Of a DNA stretch of 32,000 nt, positions 17,314-26,331 are shown piece by piece. Under the pieces are notes generated by a model. It saw only the letters and a list, made by a program, of their open reading frames with translations, was not told the DNA's origin and ran no database searches. Source of the DNA: Hyperthermus butylicus DSM 5456. Its GTDB lineage: Archaea > Thermoproteota > Thermoprotei_A > Sulfolobales > Pyrodictiaceae. A program made the translations under genes and the position numbers. The stretch's first letter is position 1, and every line of letters begins with the position of its first letter. Location: assembly GCF_000015145.1 (NCBI RefSeq), contig NC_008818.1:960001-992000 (forward strand). The letters run 5' to 3'.

Positions 17314-19191
17314 CTACTCCAGCGCAACCTCCTTCTCAAGGTATACTAGCGTGGGCCTCTTGGATACGTAGCGTGGAAGTGTTGACTGTACTCTCGGGTA
17401 TCCCTCAAGGTCTTTTAGCACCATTTCCAGCAGCTCCTCGGGCTTCACCGCTACCCTATCGTTGGTGCGTCGTATGGTTACGTTGACGGTGCCGGTTTCC
17501 ACCTCGCGGTCGCCTATAACCGCTATGTAGGGTATCCACTCCCTAGCTGCATCCCTTATCCTCCTTCCCAGGCTTAACTGTCTATCATCAATATCGACCC
17601 TTATAAGGTGCCGTTCCAGCAGACTTGCAACCTTCTCGGCATGGCTGAGCTGTTGCTCTGAGGACGGATTGACCGGGATTAGCCTTACTTGTATTGGTGC
17701 CAGCCATGTTGGTATGTAGGGTGTCTGGCCGCGCCGCTCCATCTTTACAGCGGCATCGAATACCATGTATATGTATCTCTCAATGGAGCCTATGAGTGCA
17801 GTATGTATTATCACAGGGTAATGCTCCTTGTTATTCTCATCGACATATCTTATTCCGAACCTTTTCGCGTTGCCGACGTCAAATTGGAAAGTTGCTATCT
17901 CCCGGGGCCTGCCAGCAGAATCCACAATGTGATACTCGACGTTAACTACCCAGTAGTATATGCCTGCCGGATAGACTGTTATCAAGGCAGGCTTCCCATC
18001 ACGCCTTACGAGTTCTAGTAGTAGGTTGCGTTTCTCCTCCCAGAAGTCCTCGGTTACATTGTATACGGCGTAGTATGTCTGGCCTAGCTTCTCAGCCTCC
18101 CGGTGTATAATCTTTTGCAGCTCCTCAGCAATCTTTACCGCTTCTTCAACGCTGCGAGCCAGTATGTGAAGGTCGGGCATATAGAATCTGCGTAGCCTAA
18201 AGCAGAGTGTAACCTCTCCACTCTGCTCGAGCCTGTAGCTATCGGCAATCTCGAACATTCCGAGCGGAAGGTCCCGGTAGCTGAGAACATAGTCTTTAAG
18301 CATAGAGAACTGTTGATGGCATGCCGCGTATCTCATGACGAGGTGTTTCTTATCAGCCCATAGTTCATAGAGGCGGTCGCCGAAGAGTGCTGCATGTTCA
18401 TAGACGGGCTTTTCTGCCAGGTCGAACATGTTTGTACCCTTAACCTTTAGCACGGGGATTGTGAGGCTTCTAGCAAGTATCCATGCATACTCGCCTACAG
18501 CCTCTATCATTAGTGTAGCGTGTGGCTCGTAGCGCATGTGTCCGTAATCGGATAATGGCTCCCATTCAAAACCGAATTTTGCGCACAGCTTGTTAACTGG
18601 ATTTTCAACTCCGCCAATCTCCTTGCCGAGAGCCTCCTTCTCTATTACAGCCCTAAACTCTGGAGAAGCCTTCTCAAGGAACTCTTCGGGACTATAGACT
18701 TCGCCCTCCGGGGTTAGAACGTAGTACTTCTTCTTAACCTCAACCCTAGCCGTGGTCTTAGCCTCGTAGTTTCTTGAAAGCTCTGATAATGGGTGACCGT
18801 GGCAGTGCAGCTCAAACTCCTTATACCAGCCAAATGGTGCCCTGCTAACCTCAAACTTGTCGCTAGCCAGCTTCTTTATCTCCAACTCGAGCATTGCTAA
18901 GATATTCTTGGCTTGATGAGGCGGTGCAAGCTTTTGTGAGAGATGGGCATAGGGGTACACGACTATCGTCTTAGCTCCAACCTTTGAGGCTATCTCAACG
19001 ATATCCTTGGCAGCAGTCTCTACGACTTCCTTTGGGTTGCTAGTATCGCGGCTCTCAACAGTGGTAAATACGACGAGGGCGTTCTCGAAGCTGCCTTCTC
19101 CTTGTACGCCGTTAATATCTTCTGCCTCAGGTATAGCTTTCATCCTTGTCCGGTAGATGAACCGTTTAGCATGTATTAGTAGCACTCTCAA
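17314..19191 (-). CDS. thrS: threonyl-tRNA synthetase, full-length archaeal type with N-terminal editing domain
   Basis: 625-aa ORF with a TTG start. N-terminal MRVLLIHAKRF matches the start of the archaeal ThrRS editing domain. Class II core (FRLRRFYMPDLH, ATFQFD, HTALIGSIERY) and a C-terminal anticodon-binding domain. Confidence 0.95.
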   Translation of the reverse strand: MRVLLIHAKRFIYRTRMKAIPEAEDINGVQGEGSFENALVVFTTVESRDTSNPKEVVETAAKDIVEIASKVGAKTIVVYPYAHLSQKLAPPHQAKNILAMLELEIKKLASDKFEVSRAPFGWYKEFELHCHGHPLSELSRNYEAKTTARVEVKKKYYVLTPEGEVYSPEEFLEKASPEFRAVIEKEALGKEIGGVENPVNKLCAKFGFEWEPLSDYGHMRYEPHATLMIEAVGEYAWILARSLTIPVLKVKGTNMFDLAEKPVYEHAALFGDRLYELWADKKHLVMRYAACHQQFSMLKDYVLSYRDLPLGMFEIADSYRLEQSGEVTLCFRLRRFYMPDLHILARSVEEAVKIAEELQKIIHREAEKLGQTYYAVYNVTEDFWEEKRNLLLELVRRDGKPALITVYPAGIYYWVVNVEYHIVDSAGRPREIATFQFDVGNAKRFGIRYVDENNKEHYPVIIHTALIGSIERYIYMVFDAAVKMERRGQTPYIPTWLAPIQVRLIPVNPSSEQQLSHAEKVASLLERHLIRVDIDDRQLSLGRRIRDAAREWIPYIAVIGDREVETGTVNVTIRRTNDRVAVKPEELLEMVLKDLEGYPRVQSTLPRYVSKRPTLVYLEKEVALE

Positions 19192-19325
19192 AACGCTACA
19201 CCTAGGCCAAGCAATTAGCCCAGCACATCACAGCTCGGCGAGGATTATTTAAGGGGTTTCGCGGGTCGACATGTGCTTTTAAGCTAAGGCCGTCAAGAGA
19301 ATAGTTTCGGCCGGGTCAAGAGCAG

Positions 19326-19333
19326 TATATAAA
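19326..19333 (+). promoter_or_regulatory. TATA box of radA
   Basis: TATATAAA, 35-42 nt upstream of ATG 19368. Confidence 0.55.
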
Positions 19334-19367
19334 GGTGTTACTACACCTTCATGCCCGGGATAGTAGG

Positions 19368-20339
19368 ATGGCTAAACAAGAAATAAAGTCGATAACCGAT
19401 CTTCCTGGCGTAGGTCCAGCTACAGCTAACAAGCTAATTGAAGCAGGCTATGCTACCATAGAAGCTATAGCTGTTGCGACGCCACAGGAGCTGAGCGCAG
19501 CAGCAGGCATACCGCTAACGGCTGCCCAGAGAATAATAAAGGCTGCACGTGAAGCTCTCGATATAAGATTCAAGACAGCCCTCGAGGTAAAGAAGGAGCG
19601 TATGCAGACCAGGAAGATAACAACTGGCAGTAGAAACCTTGACGATCTACTAGGCGGCGGAATAGAGACCAAGACAATAACAGAGTTCTTTGGCGAGTTT
19701 GGTAGTGGAAAGACACAAATATGCCACCAGCTAGCTGTAAACGTGCAGTTACCCATTGAGAAGGGAGGTCTAAGCACGCAGGACAGGGTAGCTAAGGCTG
19801 TCTACATCGATACTGAGGGAACATTCCGGTGGGAACGCTTAGAAAACATGGCGAAGAGATGGGGGCTAGACCCCGACGAGGTTATGTCGAACATATTCTA
19901 CATAAGAGCCATAAATAGTGACCATCAGATGGCGATAGTCGACGAACTGTTTAACATAGTGCCCAAGGAGAACATTAAGCTCGTAATAGTGGACTCAGTT
20001 ACTAGCCACTTCAGAGCCGAATACCCGGGCAGGGAGAACCTTGCTGCTAGACAGCAGAAGCTCAACAGACACCTGCACCAGCTTGCAAAGCTAGCAGAGG
20101 TCTATGATCTAGCAGTGGTAATCACGAACCAGGTTATGGCTAGGCCAGACGTCTTCTATGGCGATCCAACCCAGGCTGTAGGTGGGCATGTATTATACCA
20201 TGCGCCGGGTGTGAGGGTGCAGCTTAGGAAGAGCAGGGGTAACAAGCGCATAGCAAGAATAGTGGACGCGCCGCATCTGCCAGAGGGCGAGGCAGTGTTC
20301 GTGATAACAGACTACGGCATAGCAGACCCGGAGGACTAG
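19368..20339 (+). CDS. radA: DNA repair and recombination protein RadA
   Basis: N-terminal HhH ([15 protein letters not shown]), Walker [10 protein letters not shown], Walker B KLVIVDS. I start at ATG 19368 (MAKQEIK) rather than the track's GTG 19335, which abuts the TATA box. Confidence 0.97.
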   Translation: MAKQEIKSITDLPGVGPATANKLIEAGYATIEAIAVATPQELSAAAGIPLTAAQRIIKAAREALDIRFKTALEVKKERMQTRKITTGSRNLDDLLGGGIETKTITEFFGEFGSGKTQICHQLAVNVQLPIEKGGLSTQDRVAKAVYIDTEGTFRWERLENMAKRWGLDPDEVMSNIFYIRAINSDHQMAIVDELFNIVPKENIKLVIVDSVTSHFRAEYPGRENLAARQQKLNRHLHQLAKLAEVYDLAVVITNQVMARPDVFYGDPTQAVGGHVLYHAPGVRVQLRKSRGNKRIARIVDAPHLPEGEAVFVITDYGIADPED

Positions 20340-20348
20340 CGAGCTAAG

Positions 20349-20792
20349 CTAGCACCTCCACACTATGCAACTATTACATGCTGCTATAGCTTCTTCATCT
20401 AGCTCTACAACCGATCTTTTCCAGTGAAACTTGATCATGCAATCGTCAAGCACTATAACTGGTACTTTAACACGTAGCTTGAGGCCGCTAAGTTCGTCGC
20501 GTACATGCTCCTCATCGCTTTCGAGCTTGATACTCTTAGCAACGCATACGAATAGCATCCTGCGGAGAGCCTGGCGCTCAAATACTATGACGCTGTACGT
20601 CCCCTCCCCAGCCTCTATGTGTGCCGAAGCACTGGTAATAACGAGTCTCAGCTGTCTGTCATCTCGGCTCGAGTAGGGGAGCCTTACCGGCCTAAGCCTG
20701 GCAGTAACTTCGCCAAGCCGGCTACTATGAATACCGAGCTTCGACAAAACGGTATTAATGGCGGCTTCCAGACAGCTATCACTCGCCATCAA
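20349..20792 (-). CDS. hypothetical protein (147 aa, Cys-rich C-terminus)
   Basis: ORF only; I recognise no motifs. It ends ...ACNSCIVWRC. It is convergent with radA (9-nt gap) and divergent from the prepilin peptidase gene (27-nt gap). Confidence 0.4.
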   Translation of the reverse strand: MMASDSCLEAAINTVLSKLGIHSSRLGEVTARLRPVRLPYSSRDDRQLRLVITSASAHIEAGEGTYSVIVFERQALRRMLFVCVAKSIKLESDEEHVRDELSGLKLRVKVPVIVLDDCMIKFHWKRSVVELDEEAIAACNSCIVWRC

Positions 20793-20819
20793 AGAGCCCC
20801 CTAGGAGGGTGAGGAGTAG

Positions 20820-21548
20820 GTGTACGCTGCTTTAACAGCTCTAGTCGTGCTAACAATACTCTCACTCTACGATATAAAGCAGCGCGAGCTGCCTCCGCAA
20901 ATAGTATACGCAGGGCTAGCTGCAACTCTACTAGTACGCATAGCCGAGTATATGCTTGCAAGTCTAAACTATGTAGGTCCAATACCAGCTAGGGCTTACA
21001 TAGCATTAGATCTGGCGCTGCTGTCATCATATGCTGTTGTAGCCCTACTAGGGCTCCACGGCTGGGGTGACGTCTTCACACTAGCAATAATAGCAGCTGC
21101 ATCTCCCCTTCCCGAGGGAAATATAGAGCTTCTACCCCCGCTCCTCCTAGCAACAATATACTATGTCGCCATAATGGTCCTCTATGCGATAGCTAATGCA
21201 GTCATAAACATCGTAAAACATGCTGATAAGCTTGCAAAGATACCTCTACGCTACAGGATAGCTTACTTACTAATCGCGCAGCCGATACGAGCCAAGCAGT
21301 TCCTGGAGAACAAGCGGAAATGGTGGTATCCACTATCACTATGTAGCTACAAGATAACTTTCAACATATACCACAACCCCGAGGACGTTGCAAGAGAGGT
21401 TAGGGAGGCAATAAGGAGAGGCTGCATACGCAAAGAGGACACGGTATGGGCAACATATGGCATGCCGGCGGTCCCCCTACTAGCGGCATCCTACTTCATA
21501 GCCCTGCTAGTCGGAGATAAACCCCTACTAGCACTAGTATCAGCCTAG
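20820..21548 (+). CDS. prepilin/preflagellin signal peptidase (A24 family, PibD/FlaK-like)
   Basis: 242-aa polytopic membrane ORF, GTG start behind GGAGGGTGAGGAG. Two aspartyl-protease motifs: LYDIKQRELP near the N-terminus and LHGWGDV (GxGD). Confidence 0.8.
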   Translation: MYAALTALVVLTILSLYDIKQRELPPQIVYAGLAATLLVRIAEYMLASLNYVGPIPARAYIALDLALLSSYAVVALLGLHGWGDVFTLAIIAAASPLPEGNIELLPPLLLATIYYVAIMVLYAIANAVINIVKHADKLAKIPLRYRIAYLLIAQPIRAKQFLENKRKWWYPLSLCSYKITFNIYHNPEDVAREVREAIRRGCIRKEDTVWATYGMPAVPLLAASYFIALLVGDKPLLALVSA

Positions 21549-21587
21549 ACGCTTTGAACCGCAGAGCCGAGGAGGGGTGCAGCAGAA

Positions 21588-22145
21588 TTGTCTGAGCCGC
21601 TAATGCCTGTATTGTTTGCCCCATGGAGATTCAAGTACATAAAATCGACGGTTGAAGCCGAGAAGCAGGTCTGCATCTTCTGCGAAGCGCCACGAAAACC
21701 AGACGATGAAAGCCTCATACTATACCGTGGAAAACATAGCTACGTAATAATGAACCTCTACCCCTACAACACGGGTCACGTAATGGTAGTACCCTATAGG
21801 CATGTGGCAAACATAGAAGACCTATCCGACGAAGAACTGCTAGAGATGGCAAGACTAGTCAAACTATCCATAAAAGCCATAAGGGAGGTATATCGGCCCC
21901 ACGGGTTCAACATAGGCATAAACATTGGCCGTGTAGCAGGCGCCGGTGTAGACAAGCATGTACACATACACATTGTTCCACGCTGGAACGGCGATACAAA
22001 CTTCATGCCAATAATAGCAGGCGTAAAAGTGGTATCACAAGATGTGAAGGAATCATACAAAATGCTCAAGCCGGCCTTTAACCGTGCAGCCCACGAGCTA
22101 GAGAGCTGGAAAGACCCTTCTCAACACCATCAAGATAAAGCCTAA
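21588..22145 (+). CDS. HIT-family nucleotide hydrolase/transferase (GalT/Ap4A-phosphorylase-like branch)
   Basis: 185-aa ORF, TTG start behind GAGGAGGGGTG. FAPWRFKYI, CIFC, histidine triad HVHIHIVPRW. Confidence 0.85.
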   Translation: MSEPLMPVLFAPWRFKYIKSTVEAEKQVCIFCEAPRKPDDESLILYRGKHSYVIMNLYPYNTGHVMVVPYRHVANIEDLSDEELLEMARLVKLSIKAIREVYRPHGFNIGINIGRVAGAGVDKHVHIHIVPRWNGDTNFMPIIAGVKVVSQDVKESYKMLKPAFNRAAHELESWKDPSQHHQDKA

Positions 22146-22482
22146 TCTCACCTATATGACCCATGATCTCGTCCCTAACCCTTGAGAGGCCGCGCATGCT
22201 ATGCAGCGCTTCCATACGGTTCCTAACAGCTGCAGCGTACCTAGCGAGAAGCTTAGCCTTCTCAGCATATGCTACAGCAGCATCAAACCCAGCGTCAACA
22301 AGCATCTCCAGTACACGCGCAAGCTCAGCCAAGTCGTTCTCAAGTCTTCGGGAGAATAGGCTGGACTCTATAGCTAGTAAGTCGTCCTCGATCTGGGCTA
22401 GTAGTTTTATAGCCCTTCTAACGAGTTCTATTGCTTGTTGGCTAGCCTTCCCTAAGCCTGTAGACCATGCGCTTTCTCTCAT
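22078..22482 (-). CDS. hypothetical all-alpha protein with C-terminal Rx5H motif (possible HEPN-like domain)
   Basis: ORF open from TTG 22500. I prefer ATG 22482, preceded by GGGAG with a 7-nt spacer. Predicted helical throughout. RDEIMGH near the C-terminus fits the HEPN Rx4-6H pattern. It overlaps the upstream wHTH gene by 41 nt and the convergent HIT gene by 68 nt. Confidence 0.35.
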   Translation of the reverse strand: MRESAWSTGLGKASQQAIELVRRAIKLLAQIEDDLLAIESSLFSRRLENDLAELARVLEMLVDAGFDAAVAYAEKAKLLARYAAAVRNRMEALHSMRGLSRVRDEIMGHIGEIRLYLDGVEKGLSSSLARGLHG

Positions 22483-22687
22483 AGTCTGGCTCCCTAACAA
22501 CTATATTCTCTCTAACGAGGCTGCTCAAAATTTCTCTTATCTCAAACTTCCTGGCAGACCCAGCAAGCCTCGAGCTAACACCCTCAAATATCTCGTCAAA
22601 GGTTAGTGGGCCTCTAGCCTCTTTCAAGACCTCGATTATAGCTCTGGCCACGTCCTCCCGGCCCAACCCAGTTACACCAAACCCCAA
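22442..22687 (-). CDS. small winged-helix DNA-binding protein
   Basis: 81-aa ORF with a TTG start. LTFDEIFEGV...EIREILSSLVRENIVVREPDYERKRMVYRL is a typical helix-turn-helix plus beta-wing pattern. Confidence 0.55.
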   Translation of the reverse strand: MGFGVTGLGREDVARAIIEVLKEARGPLTFDEIFEGVSSRLAGSARKFEIREILSSLVRENIVVREPDYERKRMVYRLREG

Positions 22688-22711
22688 GACAGCAGTAGTG
22701 CGGGAAAAACG

Positions 22712-22718
22712 CTATATT
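22712..22718. promoter_or_regulatory. shared TATA element between divergent small genes
   Basis: GCTATATTGC. It lies 25-31 nt from the minus-strand TTG 22687 (near-leaderless) and about 50 nt from the + strand ATG 22764, which has its own GGAGAAGGGTG SD. Confidence 0.4.
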
Positions 22719-22763
22719 GCGGACGCACGTGCCGTAGAACCCTTCCAGGAGAAGGGTGTAGCT

Positions 22764-22979
22764 ATGGGGGACTACGAGCTAGTACTTGTTGAAGAATATG
22801 AACTCCTCGGCGAGAAGAGGTACAGATTCCAGCTAAAAGGCACATCAATATTCCTAAACGTCTCAGCAAACAACGTTGAGGAGGCGCGCGAGAAAGCCAG
22901 GCGGATGGTTAGGGAGATACAACTAGATGCCCTTCTCCGCTACATAGCTGCACAAACTGAGCAGAAGACGGCCAGTTAA
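22764..22979 (+). CDS. hypothetical small protein (71 aa)
   Basis: The track ORF starts at GTG 22698, but the TATA element lies inside that extension. ATG 22764 (MGDYELVLV) has an SD. No recognisable motif. Confidence 0.35.
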   Translation: MGDYELVLVEEYELLGEKRYRFQLKGTSIFLNVSANNVEEAREKARRMVREIQLDALLRYIAAQTEQKTAS

Positions 22980-23212
22980 ATCTTCTTTGATGGAGCCCGA
23001 GCCTTTCTTAGCTCCTCGAACTCCTTTACAACATCCATAGCTGCCCTCCTAAACTCTCTCTCGTCGAGTCTCTCCACGAACAATCTAAAGAACCTCGCCA
23101 GGCACGACTTACTATGAAAGGTTAATTCCACGTTAGCCCTCCTAATGATTATGCCTTGCCCCTCCGGGAAAACCCTACCGCATACAACACAAGTATACTT
23201 CTTCACCGCCAT
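22976..23212 (-). CDS. L24e/TRASH-like zinc-finger protein
   Basis: 78-aa ORF. YTCVVCGRVFPEGQGIIIRRANVELTFHSKSC resembles the ribosomal L24e/TRASH fold (CxxC...FCSxKC), with His replacing the third Cys. AT-rich TATA region at 23241-23254 upstream. Confidence 0.5.
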   Translation of the reverse strand: MAVKKYTCVVCGRVFPEGQGIIIRRANVELTFHSKSCLARFFRLFVERLDEREFRRAAMDVVKEFEELRKARAPSKKI

Positions 23213-23368
23213 TGCTCAGCGCCGTAGTAGGGCTTGACGCATAATTATATTAAACCCTATCGCAGCAACACAACCACTCTCTAGGGCTGCATCCTAGACT
23301 TTGAGGAGGCAACCTACCAGCCCGAGCAGCCTGCTGGTGTTAGGGTAGTCTCCCGGAAGGCAAGGGTA

Positions 23369-26248
23369 ATGAGCGAGGAGAGGGTGTATATGCAAAGCAG
23401 GCTAGAGTTCGAGGGTGCTATGTCGCTACTCCACGAGAAGGTACGGGAGCTAATACGGCTCCGTGGCTGGAGAGAGCTGACTGAGATCCAGGAGAAAGCG
23501 ATTAAGCCAATACTGGAGGGTCATAATGTATTCATTGTAGCGCCCACTGGTTACGGGAAAACAGAGGCTGCACTACTACCCATACTCTCAAGGATGCTTG
23601 AGGAGAGGGTTGAGCCTGTAGCACTCCTCTACATCACCCCGCTGCGTGCACTAATAAATGACATCTATGAACGCATAAGCTGGTGGGCATCACGCTTTGG
23701 TTTCATAGTGGCTCGAAAGCATGGTGATGTGCCGCACTCGGAGCGCACTCGGAGGCTACGTCATGCACCACACATCCTAGTCACAACGCCCGAGAGCCTA
23801 GAGATAGATCTTGACTGGGCGCCAAAGTTCCGGCAGTATTACCGCAACCTCCGCTGGGTTATAGTTGACGAGGTCCACGAGATAGTTTCCAATAAACGAG
23901 GCGTACAGCTAGCAGTTCTACTCGAAAGGTTCCGCCGCATAGCTGGCGACTTCCAGCTCATAATGATATCTGCTACTATAGGTGAGCCAACGATAGCAGC
24001 ACGAGCATTTACCGGTAGCTCCCGCAGACCATTAACCGTTGTCTCGGTCGAAAAGCGGAAGCCAATAGAGATAGTTGTGGACTATGTAGAGGCGCCGAGC
24101 ACTAAATTCTGGAGAGCAGCTGCAGAAAAGCTTGTAAAGCACATGGAGCCCTTAACACTTGTGTTCGTGAACTCTAAGCATGCTGCCGAGAAGCTTCACG
24201 GCGAAATAGAGAGGATGGGTGTTGAAGGAGTAGTTGTTCACCATGCCTCAATACATGGAGAGGAGAGGCGCCGCATAGAGAAGATGGCGAAGGAAGGAAA
24301 GCTAAACATGATAATAGCAACGAAGACTCTAGAGCTAGGCATCGACATAGGTAGTATTAGGAAGGTCATACTCTTCCGTCCAGCTGGCAGTGTATCCTCC
24401 CTCCTACAGAGGCTCGGCAGGAGCGGCCACACGATAGCTGGCAAGATAAGCGGGATAGTCCTAGCTACGGATCCGCTGGAACTCCTCGAGGCAATAGCGG
24501 AGGCTAGACTAGCAGCTAAGGGTAAAGTTGAGGTGCCAGAGCTTCCAGTTAAACCTCTCGATATGGTTGCTAGAGCTATACTCGGCATGGCGTTATCCGG
24601 CGAATATACAGTAAATGACATGTACGATATACTATCCAAGGTCTACTACTTCCGGGGCCTAACTAGGAGTGAGTTTGACGAACTCATAGACTATCTCAAG
24701 AATGCAAAAATGATAAAGATTAACAACGACGGGAAAGTGTCGTGCGGCCCACAGTTCTACAAGATATGGAGATTCGACGCTGGTGATAGCAAGTATAGCT
24801 GGTGGGTGCAAAACTTCTCACAGTTCTTCACGACTATAGGTGAACGGCGCGCCTACACCGTCCGAACAGTTGACGGCAGGGTTGTAGGTGAGCTTGACAC
24901 AGATTTTGTTGTAAAGGTTCTACGTGTAGGCCACGTTATAAGGCTTGGCGGTAGGAACTGGCAGGTTATAGGAATAGACGAGCACAATGGAAAGGTGGTC
25001 GTAGCTGAGACAGAGCAGTCTATAACAGCTATACCATTCTGGAAGGGTAAGGGGCCAGAACTATCGAGGCTCGTCATAGCCGAGCTCGAGAAGGTCATAC
25101 AAGAAACGCATCGTGGTCAGCTCAACATCCCATCTTCAGTCAAGCTCACTGAGTCTGCTGCAGCAGTACTAAACGGTATCATAGGCGAGGTGCGGAAGTA
25201 CCGCTACCCAGCCCCGGCGAGGAATAAGGTAATCGTTGAGAAGCTTGCAGACGAGGACGTCTATGTCGTGTTAGCACCGGAGCGTGTGGTAAGGACTCTT
25301 GCCTACTTGGTAATGCTTGAGGCCTACCGGTCTAGTAGCGATGTATACGTGAAACTTAACCACTACGGCTTTGCGGTACCCTCTCACTCAATAGCGTTTA
25401 ATCCGCTAAAATTCTTGGTTAGCCTTACACGCGAAGAGTTCGAAGAAAGGCTAAGGGAGGCAGTTACGCGGTCACCATACTTTGCGGAGGAAGCACACAA
25501 TATACAGCTCGTATTCGGCGTAACTAGGAAGATAAAAAGGAGTGATGGCGTGGCCTTTGAGGAGATTGCAAGGCAGACGCTTCAAAATTACTTTGACCCC
25601 GAAGCTGCATGGGAGCTAATACAAGGTATACGTGAGGGCAGGATAAAGATCGTTTTCAACCAGAGTAGAACCAGCATGTATGCCAGGAGTGTAGTTGAAG
25701 AGGTTCCCGAGAAACCCTGGGTAGGCGATGTCGGAGAGTTGATAGCAGAGACGCTAGAAGGCATGGCGTTTACGGTTGAAGAGCTTGCAGATGCTATAGG
25801 TGTGCCGCCAGAGATAGTTGAATCCAAGCTACGAGACCTCGGCAAGCCTGGCGCTGATAACCGTGTATTCTACTTCATAGATGTTGATACTGGCGAGATT
25901 AGATGGGGCCTAGTAAGGGATGCAGCGGGCATAGCTGTTTCAGAGGAGTTCTCGTCATCGTTCACGCCGTTACAACAGGATGGGCTATACCTGGTGCTCG
26001 TTAAGAGTGAGAATGGAACACTGATACATGCCATAGTCCGCGTAGCAGAGTTCGTGAGGAACCCCGAGAAGCTCCTAGAACAAATACCATTCCATGAGAT
26101 TCACGAGGTGAAGGTTGTACCGCTAACCGGTTACTATGAGGGGCAAGCGCCTAGGTACCAGCAAGTGCCGAGAGAGATAGTGCCATATCTAGTACTCAAC
26201 GCTATAGCATTCATACAGAAAATGCAGATGAGCAACCCGCTGATATAA
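23369..26248 (+). CDS. lhr: Lhr-type large superfamily-2 helicase
   Basis: 959-aa ORF. Motif I VAPTGYGKTEAA, motif II VIVDEVHE, motif III SAT, motif VI LQRLGRSGH. About 550 aa of Lhr-like C-terminal extension. Confidence 0.88.
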   Translation: MSEERVYMQSRLEFEGAMSLLHEKVRELIRLRGWRELTEIQEKAIKPILEGHNVFIVAPTGYGKTEAALLPILSRMLEERVEPVALLYITPLRALINDIYERISWWASRFGFIVARKHGDVPHSERTRRLRHAPHILVTTPESLEIDLDWAPKFRQYYRNLRWVIVDEVHEIVSNKRGVQLAVLLERFRRIAGDFQLIMISATIGEPTIAARAFTGSSRRPLTVVSVEKRKPIEIVVDYVEAPSTKFWRAAAEKLVKHMEPLTLVFVNSKHAAEKLHGEIERMGVEGVVVHHASIHGEERRRIEKMAKEGKLNMIIATKTLELGIDIGSIRKVILFRPAGSVSSLLQRLGRSGHTIAGKISGIVLATDPLELLEAIAEARLAAKGKVEVPELPVKPLDMVARAILGMALSGEYTVNDMYDILSKVYYFRGLTRSEFDELIDYLKNAKMIKINNDGKVSCGPQFYKIWRFDAGDSKYSWWVQNFSQFFTTIGERRAYTVRTVDGRVVGELDTDFVVKVLRVGHVIRLGGRNWQVIGIDEHNGKVVVAETEQSITAIPFWKGKGPELSRLVIAELEKVIQETHRGQLNIPSSVKLTESAAAVLNGIIGEVRKYRYPAPARNKVIVEKLADEDVYVVLAPERVVRTLAYLVMLEAYRSSSDVYVKLNHYGFAVPSHSIAFNPLKFLVSLTREEFEERLREAVTRSPYFAEEAHNIQLVFGVTRKIKRSDGVAFEEIARQTLQNYFDPEAAWELIQGIREGRIKIVFNQSRTSMYARSVVEEVPEKPWVGDVGELIAETLEGMAFTVEELADAIGVPPEIVESKLRDLGKPGADNRVFYFIDVDTGEIRWGLVRDAAGIAVSEEFSSSFTPLQQDGLYLVLVKSENGTLIHAIVRVAEFVRNPEKLLEQIPFHEIHEVKVVPLTGYYEGQAPRYQQVPREIVPYLVLNAIAFIQKMQMSNPLI

Positions 26249-26256
26249 CACCATAT

Positions 26257-26314
26257 GGGCGATGAAGACCGCCACGCGCCTGAACTCATGATGAGGGTCC
26301 GTGTTTCAGAGCCC
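26257..26314 (+). ncRNA. box C/D sRNA candidate 4 (D guide antisense to LSU rRNA GAAACACGGACC)
   Basis: GGGC-g-ATGAAGA (26262-26268), 11-nt guide CCGCCACGCGC, D' CTGA (26280-26283), ACTC, C' ATGATGA (26288-26294), 12-nt guide GGGTCCGTGTTT, D CAGA (26307-26310), GCCC. Terminal GGGC/GCCC stem. Starts 9 nt after the lhr stop. Confidence 0.7.
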
Positions 26315-26331
26315 CCAACACCTTTACGGCT

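Noticed and set aside
17157-17339. 60-aa minus-strand ORF spanning the thrS-glmS gap
   Set aside because: It overlaps the thrS stop, has no start context and has odd composition. The region holds the glmS SD/leader and a + strand sRNA candidate.
19335-19367. Upstream GTG start extending RadA by 11 codons
   Set aside because: The TATA box TATATAAA (19326-19333) abuts it, so the extension would not be transcribed. ATG 19368 gives the canonical MAKQE... RadA N-terminus.
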